Below are positions 24,548-36,878 of a DNA stretch of 64,000 nucleotides, one piece after another (positions within the stretch are counted from its first letter, which is position 1; every line of letters begins with the position of its first letter). The notes under the pieces were generated by a model. That model searched no databases, was not told where the DNA came from, and worked only from the letters and a program-made list of their open reading frames with translations. The DNA is taken from positions 5,334,001 to 5,398,000 of the forward strand of contig NC_086109.1 of assembly GCF_963921235.1 (NCBI RefSeq), read 5' to 3'. Made by a program: the position numbers and the translations under genes. The stretch comes from Mobula hypostoma. Taxonomy: Eukaryota.

Positions 24548-25412
24548 TTAGATAGAAATCAGAGGTGCAAAGGGACTTGGGAATCCTCATGCAGGATTCC
24601 CTGAAGGTTCACTTGCAGGTTGAGTCAGTGCTAAGGAAGCCAAATACAAAGCTGGCATTTATTTCGAGAGAACTAGAATATAAAAGCAATGATGTGATGC
24701 TGAGGCTTTAGTAGGCATTGGTCAGACTGCACTTGGAGCATTGTGAGCAGTTTGAGACCCCTTATCTGAGAGAAGATGTGCTGGCATTGGAGAGGGTCCA
24801 GAGATGATTCACGAGAATGATCAATTCAGTGAAAGGGTTAACATATGAGAAGTGTTTGATAGTTCTGTGTCTTTACTCACTGGAGTTTAGAAGAATGAGG
24901 GAGCGGTATTTCATTGAAACCTATTAAATATTGAAAGGCCTAGGATAGAGTGGATGTGGAGAGGATGTTTCCTATAGTCGGGGAGGCTAGGACCAGAGGG
25001 CACAGATAGAGTGGATGTGGAGGGGATGTTTCCTATAGTCAGGGAGGCTAGGACCAGAGGACACAGATAGAGTGGATGTGGAGAGGATGTTTCCTATAGT
25101 GGGGGAGGCTAGGACCAGAGGACACAACCCCAAAATACAAGGACGTCCCTTCAGAACCGTGATAAAGAGGAATTTTCTTAGCCGAAGGGTGGCGAATCTC
25201 TGGAATTCATTGACACAGATGGCTGTGGCAACCAAGTCATTGGGTATATTTAAAATGGAGGATGATCGATTTTTCATTCATAGGGGCTTCAAATTTTATG
25301 GAAAGAAGGTAGGAGAATGGGTTGCGGGGAATATTAAATCAGCCATGATGGAATGGCAGAACAGACTCAGTTGGCTGAATGGCCTAATTCTGTTCTAATG
25401 TCTTATGATCTT
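24548..25412 (+). mobile_element. Decayed CR1 3' fragment with an internal 61-bp triplication (24944-25126); similar CR1 fragments at about 3690-4110, 18165-18577, 26200-26835, 37170-37560, 49163-50005, 53535-53960, 59660-60470
   Basis: gatagagtggatgtggagaggatgtttcc...RTRGH..KI.GRPFRT..RNF motifs; tcttatg tail. Confidence 0.85.
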
Positions 25413-25919
25413 AAACCAAGGTCCATGTACAATAATGTCACATTTACACTACCCACAGGTACTTCAGTAACCTCATCAGTCTGACCAATGTTTGTCACCT
25501 CCTACTTCCATGTTGCCACCCCATTAGGGTAATGTAGCACAATTCTTCACAGTACCGGCGACGTGGGTTCAATTCCCGCCACGGTCTGTAAGGAGTTTGT
25601 ATGTTCTCCCCGCGACCGCATGGGTTTCCTCCAGGTGCTCTGGTTTCCTCCCACAGTCCAAAGGCGTGGCAGTTGGTAAGTTAATTGGTCGTTGTAAATT
25701 GTCCTGTGATTAGGCGAGGATTAAATCAGGGGATTGCTGGGCGGCGTGGCTCAAAGGGAAGGGCCAGAAGAGCATACTCCACTGTGCATGTCAATAAATA
25801 AATAAATTATTCAAACACTTTGAATTCTCTGAGTGGTGAATGAATGAGACACTTGGCTGTGGGAGAAGAGGTTGGCTTGGAAACAAGAGGTAAATTGGAC
25901 CTAAAAACTTCATCCTTAC

Positions 25920-26080
25920 CGTTTTGGAATCATCTTCAAAAACCTCTCGGGCTTCTTCCTTTGAGCATGTTTCTTCCACACACTCTCGCTCCAGATTCCC
26001 TTGTCTAACCTCTTCTGCAAGGTTGTTTGCTCTGCGGATTCGAGACAGGAGCTGCAGAGCGGAAGGTTTCTGTAGGAAGA
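25920..26080 (-). CDS. Gla gene B exon 2: propeptide + Gla domain
   Basis: gag|TC...ACG|gtaagg; 161 bp; [54 protein letters not shown]; furin-type RxRR site, ExxxExC motif, 10 canonical Glu positions. Confidence 0.93.
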
Positions 26081-26838
26081 CTCAACAACACATCCACAGT
26101 ATTAAACATCTGGGGCCTGTCTGCTGACAGAACTGTGTCATGAAGTTGGATCACTGCCTCCGAATTGCTTTGGTGTGTGATAGAACATAGCACAGTACAG
26201 ACCCCTTCATCCCACAATGTTGAGCAGAACTTCTAACCTACTTCCAAAATCAATCTAACCCTTCCTTCACACATAGCCCTCCATTTTTATATCATACATG
26301 TGTCTATGCAAGAGACTCTTAAATTCGCTGCCTCTACCCCACTCTTGGCAGCGCATTCCACACAACCACTACTCTCAGTGTAAAAAAGCTACCTCTCACA
26401 TCCCCTATACTTTCCTCAAATTATCTTAAAATTCTACGCTGTTGTTCTATGTTATGGCCCTCCTCATTTCTACCCTGGGAAAAAGTCTCCGGCTGTCCAC
26501 TGCATTTATGCCTCTTATCACCCTCAATATCTTTATGAAGCTATCTCTCATCCTCCTTCTCTCCAAAGAGAAGCTTCCTAGATCACTCAACCTTTACTCG
26601 TAAGGCACGCTTTCTAATCCAGACAGCATCCTGGTAAATTTTGTTGGTATCCTCTGTAGAGCTTCCACATCCTTCCTATAATGAGGTAAACAGAAGTGAA
26701 CACAATACTCCAGCTGTGGTCTAACCAGGATTTTATAGAGCTGAAACATTATTGCAAGACTCTTGGACTCAAATCTTTCAACTAATGAAGGCCAACACAT
26801 CTTAACCACCCTATCAATATGTGCAGAAACTTTGAGGA

Positions 26839-29800
26839 TGTAGTGTATTTAATATTTCAGTAATATTGTAAATGTGTTGTTTGTTTAGGCATTATTTTGT
26901 GTTTACATAATTCATTATGGGTTATATGGAAAAGTATGTGAATGGCATATGTCATTATGCCACCGTGTCATATGTGCATGACTCACAAAGAATAAGAATT
27001 AAGTAGAGATGTTGTTCCTAGCTGCATGTTTTCTTTTGTTTAGTTTTATGTTTTGGAGTTACAAAACACAACAGCGGTGATGAGTAAGGTTTAAAATGAA
27101 CCCAAGGGGACTACTTAACCTGTTGAAGCATAGCACAATTTTTTCCCCCTTTGAAAGAGGAGAGAGATGCTAAATCTGCAAGAGCAGCTCCAGTGGAAGC
27201 TCATAGACCAAGAAAGCCACTCAAGAAGGGAAAATGTGAGGATCTACGGAGTTCCCGAAGGAACTGAAGGTAAACCCGGATTGATGATTCCCTTCGTGGA
27301 GAAGCTGCTGAGAGAGAACCTTGATATACCGGACGCAAAAGACCTACAGATAGAAAGGGCCCACCACACGTTGGCACCACAGCCTCCGGCAGGCGCCCAG
27401 CCCACATCGATTCTGGTCAGATTTCTCAGTTACAGAACGAAGGAAGAGGTGCTTAAACGGGCATGGCAAAAGAAAGGTTTCAAGTGGAGCAACTGTAAAA
27501 TCAGTTTAGACCACAATTACGCACCAGGGATCCTTGCCAGACGGAAGGAATATACGGAAACACGGAGGGTCCTGAAGGAAAACAACATCAGATTCCAGAC
27601 CCTGTATCCAGCTCGGCTGAGAGTCTTTTACGACGAAGGGACAAAAACTTACGCTACGGCAGAGGAGGCAATGTTGGACCTGGCGGACCGGGGACTATCT
27701 ATTAAAGTTATCACCCAACCGGAGTCACTACTGGAGAGGATTCGGCAGAAGTCATGGCAGTTAGTGGGGCGAGGACGCTCCACTCGAACCAGAGTGTCAA
27801 ACTACAAGGAAAAGCTGCAAATATTCAGACGCGAATGTACAGAGAATACAGACTAATTAAGAGAAATGACTGAAAAGAGTAAATCGGACTTAAAGGTAAA
27901 ATGAAAGCTGGTATCTGAAAATAAACTAGACGGAATAACTTGAATGATAGCAATATGGTCGAGACATAAATAGGAGAAAATTCTCTATGATTATTCAAAC
28001 TGCTGAGGGCCCTCTAACACAGGGTGAAGATAGAGGTTATCCCTCTGAACTGAGGCGGGTCGGTGCTCAGGCCTCACTGTGGGAAGTCGGGAAAAATTTT
28101 CAAATGTTATACGTTCTGAAATGTCTAGGGTGTAGTTATATGTTTTGGTTTACTGTTGAGAAGGGATTGCTTACTGTTTGGTTAGAAAAGGAGAGTGTTT
28201 TTTTTCTACTAGAGAAAAATGCAAATTGAATTGGTAAAAATAATTTCCTATAATGTTAATGGGGTTTTGAATCCAATTAAAAGAAATAAGATTATGTCTA
28301 AATTGAAAAAAGAGAGGGCACAAATAGCTTTCCTCCAGGAAACACATATGAGCCAATCTGAACATGGAAAATTAAAAAGAATGGGCTTTAAGCATCTATT
28401 TTACTCATCATATAAATTGAGCCACAAAAGAGGGGTAGCTACTTTAATATCAGGTACTCTTAATTATGAACATATTTCAGAGACTAAAGACAAAGATGGA
28501 AGATTTGTAAAAATTACAGGAAGAATAGAAGGTACAGAAATAACATTGCTGAATGCACTGTTTATGCTCCTCCAGGTTGTGAATGGTCATTTTATAGACA
28601 CATTTTTGACCTAATGGTCAGTTCTCAAGGGGTAGTAATTTGTGGAGGGGATTTTAATATTAGATTAAATCCTGCATTAGATTCTTCAAGAATAGTTACT
28701 CAGAATAAACCTCTGACTCGGAAAATGAATTTATTGATGGAGGAGTTGGGAATTATAGATGTGTGGAGGGAATTACACCCCACTAGTAAAGATTATACAC
28801 ATTACTCTTTCCCTCATTCAGCCTAATCAAGGATAGACTATTTCTTTATCTCTAATACAGATAGACTCAGGATAAAAAACTGTAATATTGCAACAATTGA
28901 TCTGTCGGATCATAGCCCAGTCTCTATGTCTCTAATCCTGGAAAGGAAAATGAGGAAAACACTATGGAGGCTAAACTCACATATACTCAATAACCTGAAA
29001 GTAATGGAGAGATTAAGGGGAGAAATCAAAGAATACCTAGACCTTAATGACACGGGAGAAACATCACCAGTGATCTTATGGGATACATTGAAAACTGTAC
29101 TGAGAGGAAAAATTATTTCTATTACCACTCACATGAAAAAAATCAATGCACAAAAATTAGCAGACCTTCAAGGAAAATTAAAACAACTTCAAGTTATAGA
29201 TAGCAACAAAAGTAATTCAAATTTAAAACAGGAAATTAGGAAATTACAAAGTGAAATTGACGATATTTATACGTTGGAAACTCAAAGAAATTTTCCTTAC
29301 CTGAGACAAAAGAATTATGAAGTAGGAGGTAAATCAGCTAGATTATTAGCATATAAATTACGAAAACAACAAGCAGACAATACAATTCATAAAATAAAGA
29401 ATCCAAAGACAAAGCTTGTGGAGAGTACAATAGGGAAAATTCAAGAGAGTTTTGAAACATATTATCAAGAGCTGTACTCCCAACCCTGGGCCTCCAATGA
29501 GCCCTATATAGACAGTTTATTGAATTCTTTAGATCTACCTAAATTTACAGATTTACAAAATGAAAGTCTATTAGAACCAGTAACTGCCAAAGAACTGAAT
29601 GTGGCCATCTCTAGGTTAAAGGCTGGAAAGTCCCCGGGTTCAGATGGGTTTACCTCAGAGTGGTACAAATCCCTGAAGTCACAGTTAGCCCCATTACTAC
29701 TTAACACCTTTAATTGGATCTTGCAGAGGAGAGAATCTGCACCTTCCTGGAGAGAAGCGATTATTTCAGTTATTCCTAAAGAGGGTAAAGATAAACTAGA

Positions 29801-32800
29801 ATGTGGCAATTATCGGCCAATTAGCGTTCTTAATTTAAATTACAAACTATTTACATCTATATTAGCGCGCAGATTGGAAAAGCTTTTACCTGGCCTAATC
29901 CACTTGACCAGACTGGATTTATTCAACAAAGACAAACACAGGACAACATAAGGAAAACTGTACACATATTAGAACAGGTTAATAAGAATGAGACAGAGGC
30001 AATTAGGATTAGGCGCTGAGAAAGCTTTTGATTTGTTAGTTGGGCATTCCTATACAGAGTGTTAGGAAGATTCGGCTTTCAAGAAAAGTTTATTAAAGTA
30101 ATTCAGACTCTATATGACAGCCCTACAGCCCGAATTAAGATAAATGGGGACCTCTCTGACTCCTTTATTTTAGAGAGAGGCACTAGACAGGGATGCCCAA
30201 TTTCTCCTTTCCTTTTTGCGCTATATATTGAACCGCTTGCCCAACTAATAAGACAGAGCGAAATTGTACGCGGTATCAAGGTGGCAGGGATTGAACAGAA
30301 AGTGGTGCTATTTGCAGATGATGTTTTAGTCTATCTGAGTGAACCAGAAAAATCATTTATAGGATTGTTTACACTGTTGGATGACTTTGGGAAAATATCA
30401 GGTTATAAAAAAATGTAAAGAAAACGCAGGTTATGTCCCTAAATTATACACCATCCAAAAAAATTACAGGGGATGTATGATCTTAAGTGGGAAGCTAAAT
30501 CATTAAAATATTTAGGAATAACCCTGCTGAAGGATCTTTCAATGCTGTCACAGGTAAATTATGGGCCATTAATCTCAGAGATAAAAGCAGATATGCATAG
30601 ATGGAATCTTAAACCCTTTTTAAGTTTAAATTCAAGGATAAATACTATAAAAATGAATATTCTTCCTCGGTTACTGTATCTTTTCCGTACTTTACCTGTG
30701 GAGGTGGATGATAATCAATTCAGGGAATGGGACAAATGGACTTCCCGCTTCATTTGGCAAGGAAAGAAACCTAGAATTCGATGTAACACCTTACAGTTAG
30801 GGAAGGAAGGAGGAGGTATGGTTCTTCCTCGCCTGAGAAATTATTTTTATGCCTCACAGATAACCCCTCTGTTATATTGGTGTAATAGGGAATATAAGGC
30901 TAGATGGAAGGAAATAGAATTTGGATTGGTTGACAGTTTTCCTCTACAGGCCTCAATAGCTGACAAAGGATTGATGGCCCAATTGGAAAAATTTAAAAAC
31001 AGTTGGATAAATCTTACATTAAAAGTATGGCAGAAGGTGGTTAGTTCATGTGGAATTAATAACATGTTAAAACTCTTCAGATGGTGTGCATATGATACCG
31101 AATTCCTTCCCAACAGAGGAGATAAAAGATTTGAACTATGGATAAAGAAAGGTCTCACAACCTACCTCTCATTTATACATAAAAGAGTATTACAAAGTTT
31201 CCAAATCCTGCAGGACAAATATGGCCTAGAACACAATGACTTTTTTAGGTACCTTCAGGTACGAAATTATGTTAACCAGAGTTGTAGATATACAGACCTA
31301 TCAACAGTAGAATTAGAATTTTTCAAGTTTCTTAATTTGGCTTGCGGTTCAATATCTAGAAAATCAGTTTCTCGATTATATAATGCACTCTCCCATGCTA
31401 AAAATGTAAACACATTGTATATTAAAGAGAAGAGGGAGAAAGAAGCGGGGTTGGTACTTTCAGAGGAGGCTTGGTGGAAAATATGCAGCTTTCAGTGGTG
31501 TTCGACTAATTCTTTGACTTGGAGAGAACATTGTTGGAAAAATATTATAAGATACTTCAAGACCCCATATCAGGAAAAATATAAAGATACAAACGTGACG
31601 TGTTGGAGAAGGTGCGGCTCCAAGGAGGCAAATCATTTCCATATTTTCTGGGATTGTCCTAAATTAAGTCTATATTGGGAAGGTATTCATAGAACATTAG
31701 TTAAGGTACTTAGGTCCCAGATACCTCTGAACTTTGAGACGCTCTATTTGGGGCATATATTGTTTCTTGAACAGAAGGAAGATATAAAGTTGCTGCAGGC
31801 CCTTTTAGCGGCAAGTAAGAAATCAATCAATAGAAAGTGGCTAAATCCAATACCACCTACATTAGAAGATTGGCACGAAATTATCTTGGAAATATTTAAA
31901 ATGGAAAAGTTGACTTACTCCCTGAGAATTCAAAAAGAAAAATTTTATCAAATCTGGAATAAATGGATTGAATATATAACCCCAATGCGAGCAGACTTTA
32001 GATGACTCTCCTAATGATTTATACTGCTCTTCTCATCAACACAGTAATATTGCTAACGTAAGCATCCCTAGTCTAAATGTTTACTGTTTTTGTTTTTTTT
32101 TGGAAAATAGAGAATTAATACAAGTAAAGGAAAAGATTTGGGTAAGGGATAAAAAATGATAAAATTAAGTAAATAAGTACATAGGGATTGGATAATTATG
32201 TTTGGGGGCAGGAGCAAGTATGAACAAGTTAGGATATAAATACCTACAATGGTTGTTACATAGGCTTACATACAACATTTTGGACCAGAAGAAGTGATCC
32301 AGAAGAGATATATGGAAACTATTACTAATCCACTATTATTACTACTTTTCTTAACAATTAATACCATTACTTAGCCTAATAGATTAGAATTTCCACTGTA
32401 CATAATTATCTATTTAAGTGTCTAATTTCTTTTTATATCATCTCAATGTGTACTTAAGAATGTATAAATAATTATAGTTTTATACATATGAAAAAAATGG
32501 AAAAGTTTATACATGTGAAAAAAGTACATGATACTTGTGAATTTCTTATCCAAATAAAAATAAAATTTAAAAAAAAGAAAGAGGAGAGAGATTCTAGAGT
32601 TAAGAGAAAAAAGCACAGCATGTGTTCTTTGGAAGTGGAGAGATGGCTGAGTGTTTAAAAAAGGCAGAAAATGGATGAAATTCAAGGATTCATAAATAGT
32701 AAGTACTGGGTGATAATAACAATAGTAAATAAATAAAAAGAAGAAATGGCTGGCTACACTGGAAAGATTGACATGTTCGATTCCATGACAGATAATTAGA

Positions 32801-34340
32801 ATACGTATACTGAGTGAATTGAGCAGTATTTTGAAGCAAATGAAATAGCCAATGCAAAACCAGTGCCAGTATTACCAAGTGTAATTGGGAGAAGAGCATA
32901 CAGTTTGATTAGAAGTTTAATTGCTCCAAACAAACTAGCCGAAATGAGCTTTGCTGATAACATGAAAGTAATGCAAGAACATTTAGAACCAAACCATTGT
33001 TGATTGCAGAATGCTTTAGGTTTCATCAGTGGAATCAAAAAGAAAGGGAACCCATGTCAGCTTACTTGGCTGAATTGAAGCGGTTGTCTGAATATCGTCA
33101 GTTCAATGATGAGCTTAATGATACACCAAGAGATTGTTTAGTTTGTAGAATCTTACAAGAAAGCATTCAAAAATGACTCCTAGCTGAAGCACAACTCACA
33201 TTTAAAATGAGCAGTTGAAATTGCTGTATCAATGGAAACGGCAGCTAGAAACACAATTGAGTTGCAGTCAGGAATGAAAGTGAGTATGAACAAAATTGCA
33301 ATCTGGTCTGGCCAAACAAAGTAGCTTTGGAAAACTCAAATATATCAAGGGCTAAAATAGTTTTAAATGAAAATGCCACACATAAGTTTTGCAAAGCCCA
33401 TCTAGTTCCTTATACCATCCGTGATAAAATAACCAGTAAGCTAGATCGCATGGAGGCTGAAGGAATTCTTTTCAAGGTTGAGTGGAGCCCATGAGCAATG
33501 CTAGTGGTTTCAGTAGTCAAGGAGGATGGGTCTTTCAGGATCTGTGGTGATTTTAAGGTCACTGTCAACCCAGTACTGGAAGTAGATGAATACCCTCTGC
33601 CAGGATAAAGTGCCAGATGCTACAAGGCTGCCCAAGCAATCAGTGTTTCATGGATGACATCATTGTTACTGGCAAGGATAACAAGGAGCATCTCCAAAAC
33701 CTCAAGACAGTGTTAACAAGATCAGAGGATTATGGGCTAAGAGCACAACACAACAAGTATGAATTCCTCAAACCAAGCATCACGTACTGTGGTCACACTA
33801 TTGATGCACAAGGATTACACAAGTGTCCCGAGAAAATTAAAGCAGCAGTGGATACCCCAAGCCAAAGGACTTGTCACAGTTGTGGTCATTTTTAGGATTT
33901 CTCAATTACTATAACAGGTACCTGCCAAACCGGGCTATGGTGCTCCACACCTAGTATTCATTGCTACAGATCAGGAAGAAAATGCAATTGATAAAGTAGT
34001 GTGAGGTGGCTTTCCAAAAGGCAAAGGAAATGATGACTTCAGACACTGTACTAACACACATTATGATCCATTGTCCAGTGAAGCTTGGCTGTGATGCCAC
34101 GCCTTATGGTATATGTGCAGTCATGTCACATGTTATGGGTGATATTGCCTTTACATCATGTTCCCTTACTGCTGCAGAGAAAACTTACAGACAAATTGCA
34201 GAGAGGCCTTGAGTCTGGTTTGGGGTGTAAAAAGTTTCAACTAGTCCTTGTATGGGAGAGATTTTACTCTTGTACTGATTATCAACCACTAGTGTCCATT
34301 TTCAATCCACAGAAGGGTGTTCCACTAACAGCAGCAGCAA
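26839..34340 (+). mobile_element. Degenerate Gypsy LTR retrotransposon in gene B intron 1, split by an L1
   Basis: 5' LTR TG...ACA at 26839-27072 with a PBS-like gcggtgatgag; gag MAGYTGKID..EQYFEAN from about 32746; RT FMDDIIVTGK; RNase H LGCDATPYGI; many stops; no 3' LTR seen. Confidence 0.85.
27169..32576 (+). mobile_element. Near-full-length L1/Tx1-clade LINE (truncated ORF1 to 27856; disrupted ORF2 28219-32005)
   Basis: ORF1 SRRENVRIYGVPEG; endonuclease [45 protein letters not shown] plus A tail; 16-bp TSD GAAAGAGGAGAGAGAT at 27153-27168 and 32577-32592. Confidence 0.95.
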
Positions 34341-35862
34341 AAATACATCTTTGTTGATAGGCTAGAGCCAGTGGTTCCAGGCAAGGACCATCTAAATTCC
34401 CAAGTTCATCATCTGGAAATAAAATCATTGGGTATCCAAACACAAAATTAATTTTCCCCAATTCTTTGGTTAGCCTAACAATTTCAACGTCTACATATCA
34501 AGGTAGGCTGATCCAGAAGATGCATGGAATAGACATGACTTGGCAGTTTGTATTCAGAATTGGTTTGCCCACAGATGACAGTGATAGTGGAGGTACTTTT
34601 CTGGCCGGAAGTCCACGACCAATGGTGTTCAGATATATTGCATATACATGTTAATGGCTTGGAGGAAAATATAGAAAAGTTGGAGATATATAACATATAC
34701 TTGTTAGTAGCTTGGAGGAAAATATAGAGAAGTTGGTTAGAAGTTTGAACATGGAACACAGAACATAACAGCACAGTAGGGGCCCTTCAGCCCACAATGT
34801 TGTGCTGGCTCTTTAACCTACCTGAAGATCAATCTAACCCATCCCTCCTACATAGCCCTGAATTTTTCTATCATCCGCGGGCCTATCTAGGAGTCTCCTA
34901 AAAGTCCATAGAACCATAGAACACTACAGCATAGTACAGGCCCTTCGGCCCTTGATGTTGTATAATAATAATCCTTATAATCCTTTAAAAAAAGTACTAA
35001 ACCCACACTACCCCATAACCCTCTATTTTTCTTTCATCCATGTGCCTGTCCAAGAGGCTCTTAAATACCCCTGATGTTTTAGCCTCCACCACCGTCCCTG
35101 GCAAGTCATTCCAGGCACCCACAACCCACTGTGTAAAAAAACTTACTCTGATGTCTCCCCGAAACTTCCCTCCCTTAACTTTGTACATATGTCCTCTGGT
35201 GTTTGCTATTCATGCCTAATGTGTCTGCCTTTACCACCACTCCTAGGTATGTTTTCCATACACTGACCACTCTATGTGTAAAAGATCCTCCCTCTGACAT
35301 CCTCCCCTATAGTTCCCTCCTAACCTTTTAAAGTTAAGCCCTGTTAGCCATTTCTGTCCTGGGAAAGAGTCTGAGTCTTCAGCTATCTGCTCGATGAGAG
35401 GGCACAGTTTTAAGGTGATTAGAGGAAAGCATAGGGGATGTCAAAGGTAAGTATTTTTCTTTTAGAGAGAGTGGTAAGGGCATGGAATGCAACAGGGATG
35501 GTGGTAGAGGCAGATACATTAGGGATATTTAAGAAACTCTTCTAAGGTAGGCACATGGATGTCAGAAAAATGGAGAGCCTTATGGGGTTTGTTTGATCTT
35601 GGAGTTTGTTAAAAGGTCTGCACACATTGTGGGCCAAAAAGCCTGTATTGTGTTGTAATGTTCTATGTCCTATGATCTCGACCTCTAGTTTGCAGACAGA
35701 GAAATTGGTGGTGATATAGACAATGAAATCAATATTTTCTTTGATGTATGGTATTTCATTATACCCTTCAATTAATAAAAAAACAAAAGTATGTGATTTT
35801 TCCATTTTCATTCTAAATATTCATTGTATGCATATTACAAATAAAAAACATTTAAAATGCTG

Positions 35863-36420
35863 TCAACACACATCAAAGTTGCTGGTGAACGCAGCAGGCC
35901 AGGCAGCATCTCAAGGAAGAGATACAGTCGACGTTTCAGGCCGAGACCCTTCGTCAGGACTAACTGAAGGAAGAGATAGTAAGAGATTTGAAAGTGGGAG
36001 GGGGAGTGGGAGATCCAAAATGATAGGAGAAGACAGGAGGGGGAGGGATGGAGCCGAGAGCTGGACAGGTGATAGGCAAAAGGGATATGAGAGGATCATG
36101 GGACAGGAGGCCCAGGGAGAAGGAAAAGGGGGAGGGGGGGAAAAAACCAGAGGATGAGCAAGGGGTATAGTCAGAGGGAGAAAAAGGACAGAGAGAGAAA
36201 GAATGTGTGTATATAAATAAATAACGGATGGGGTATTAGCGGAAGTTAGAGAAGTCAATGTTCATGCCATCAGGTTGGAGGCTACCCAGACGAAATATAA
36301 GGTGTTGTTCCTCCAACCTGAGTGTGGCTTCATCTTTACAGTAGAGGAGGCCGTGGATAGACATGTCAGAATGGGAATGAGATGTGGAATTAAAATGTGT
36401 GGCCTCTGGGAGATCCTGCT
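35863..36420 (-). mobile_element. Penelope-like element 3' end (end of GIY-YIG-type ORF plus terminal repeat)
   Basis: Minus-strand HGLLYCKDEATLRLEEQHLIFRLGSLQPDGMNIDFSNFR*, then pyrimidine tract and hammerhead. Confidence 0.8.
35926..35961 (-). ncRNA. Minimal type I hammerhead ribozyme motif in a Penelope-like terminal repeat
   Basis: AGTC-CTGACGA-A-GGGT ctcg GCCT-GAAA-CG-TC-GACT: intact core, stem I AGTC/GACT, palindromic ACGT stem III. Confidence 0.75.
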
Positions 36421-36668
36421 TATAGTTTTCAGGCCATGTAATAATGTCCTGCTTAGAGCAATGGTTGGTCCGTGCAGCTTTAAAGGAAATTAGAGGAAAC
36501 TTTGATCACCTGCCAGGGATGAAGAGAATGCAGAAATCTCAAGCTATGATCTGACAATTCCTGTCAACAACCTTCACCCAAAGTCACCGCTGTGGGAGGA
36601 ACACCGTCAGCTGGGGGAGATGTACAGACGGGAGGAACAGGTTGCACTGAGAGTTCGTTGATACTTAC

Positions 36669-36732
36669 CATCAATTGTGTGACAGCCAGTGAGAAACAAC
36701 AAGATGATCCCGTAACTTAGGGTGAGCTTCAT
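36669..36732 (-). CDS. Gla gene B exon 1: signal peptide
   Basis: ATG...GAT G|gtaagt; 64 bp; MKLTLSYGIILLFLTGCHTID; phase 1 matches the Gla exon. Confidence 0.85.
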
Positions 36733-36855
36733 CTTGCTTTGTCACCGTCCGATCCGATGTATTGGAGAGACACAATGAGAGATTTTGAAAATGGATCTGC
36801 CTCACTCAAATCACAGTTACACTCTTTCCATAGTCAGTATTTTTCTTTGTTTTGG

Positions 36856-36878
36856 AAATATTTCTGTTAATAAATAAC
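36856..36878. promoter_or_regulatory. HNF1-like site with adjacent AT-rich (FOXA-like) element upstream of gene B
   Basis: AAATATTT-ct-GTTAATAAATAAC; one mismatch to GTTAATNATTAAC; about 134 bp upstream of the ATG. Confidence 0.55.

Noticed and set aside
25920..26080. Naming gene B F2, or gene A F7/F9/F10
   Set aside because: Only the N-terminal modules match; no kringle/EGF/protease exons are visible, so no symbol is assigned
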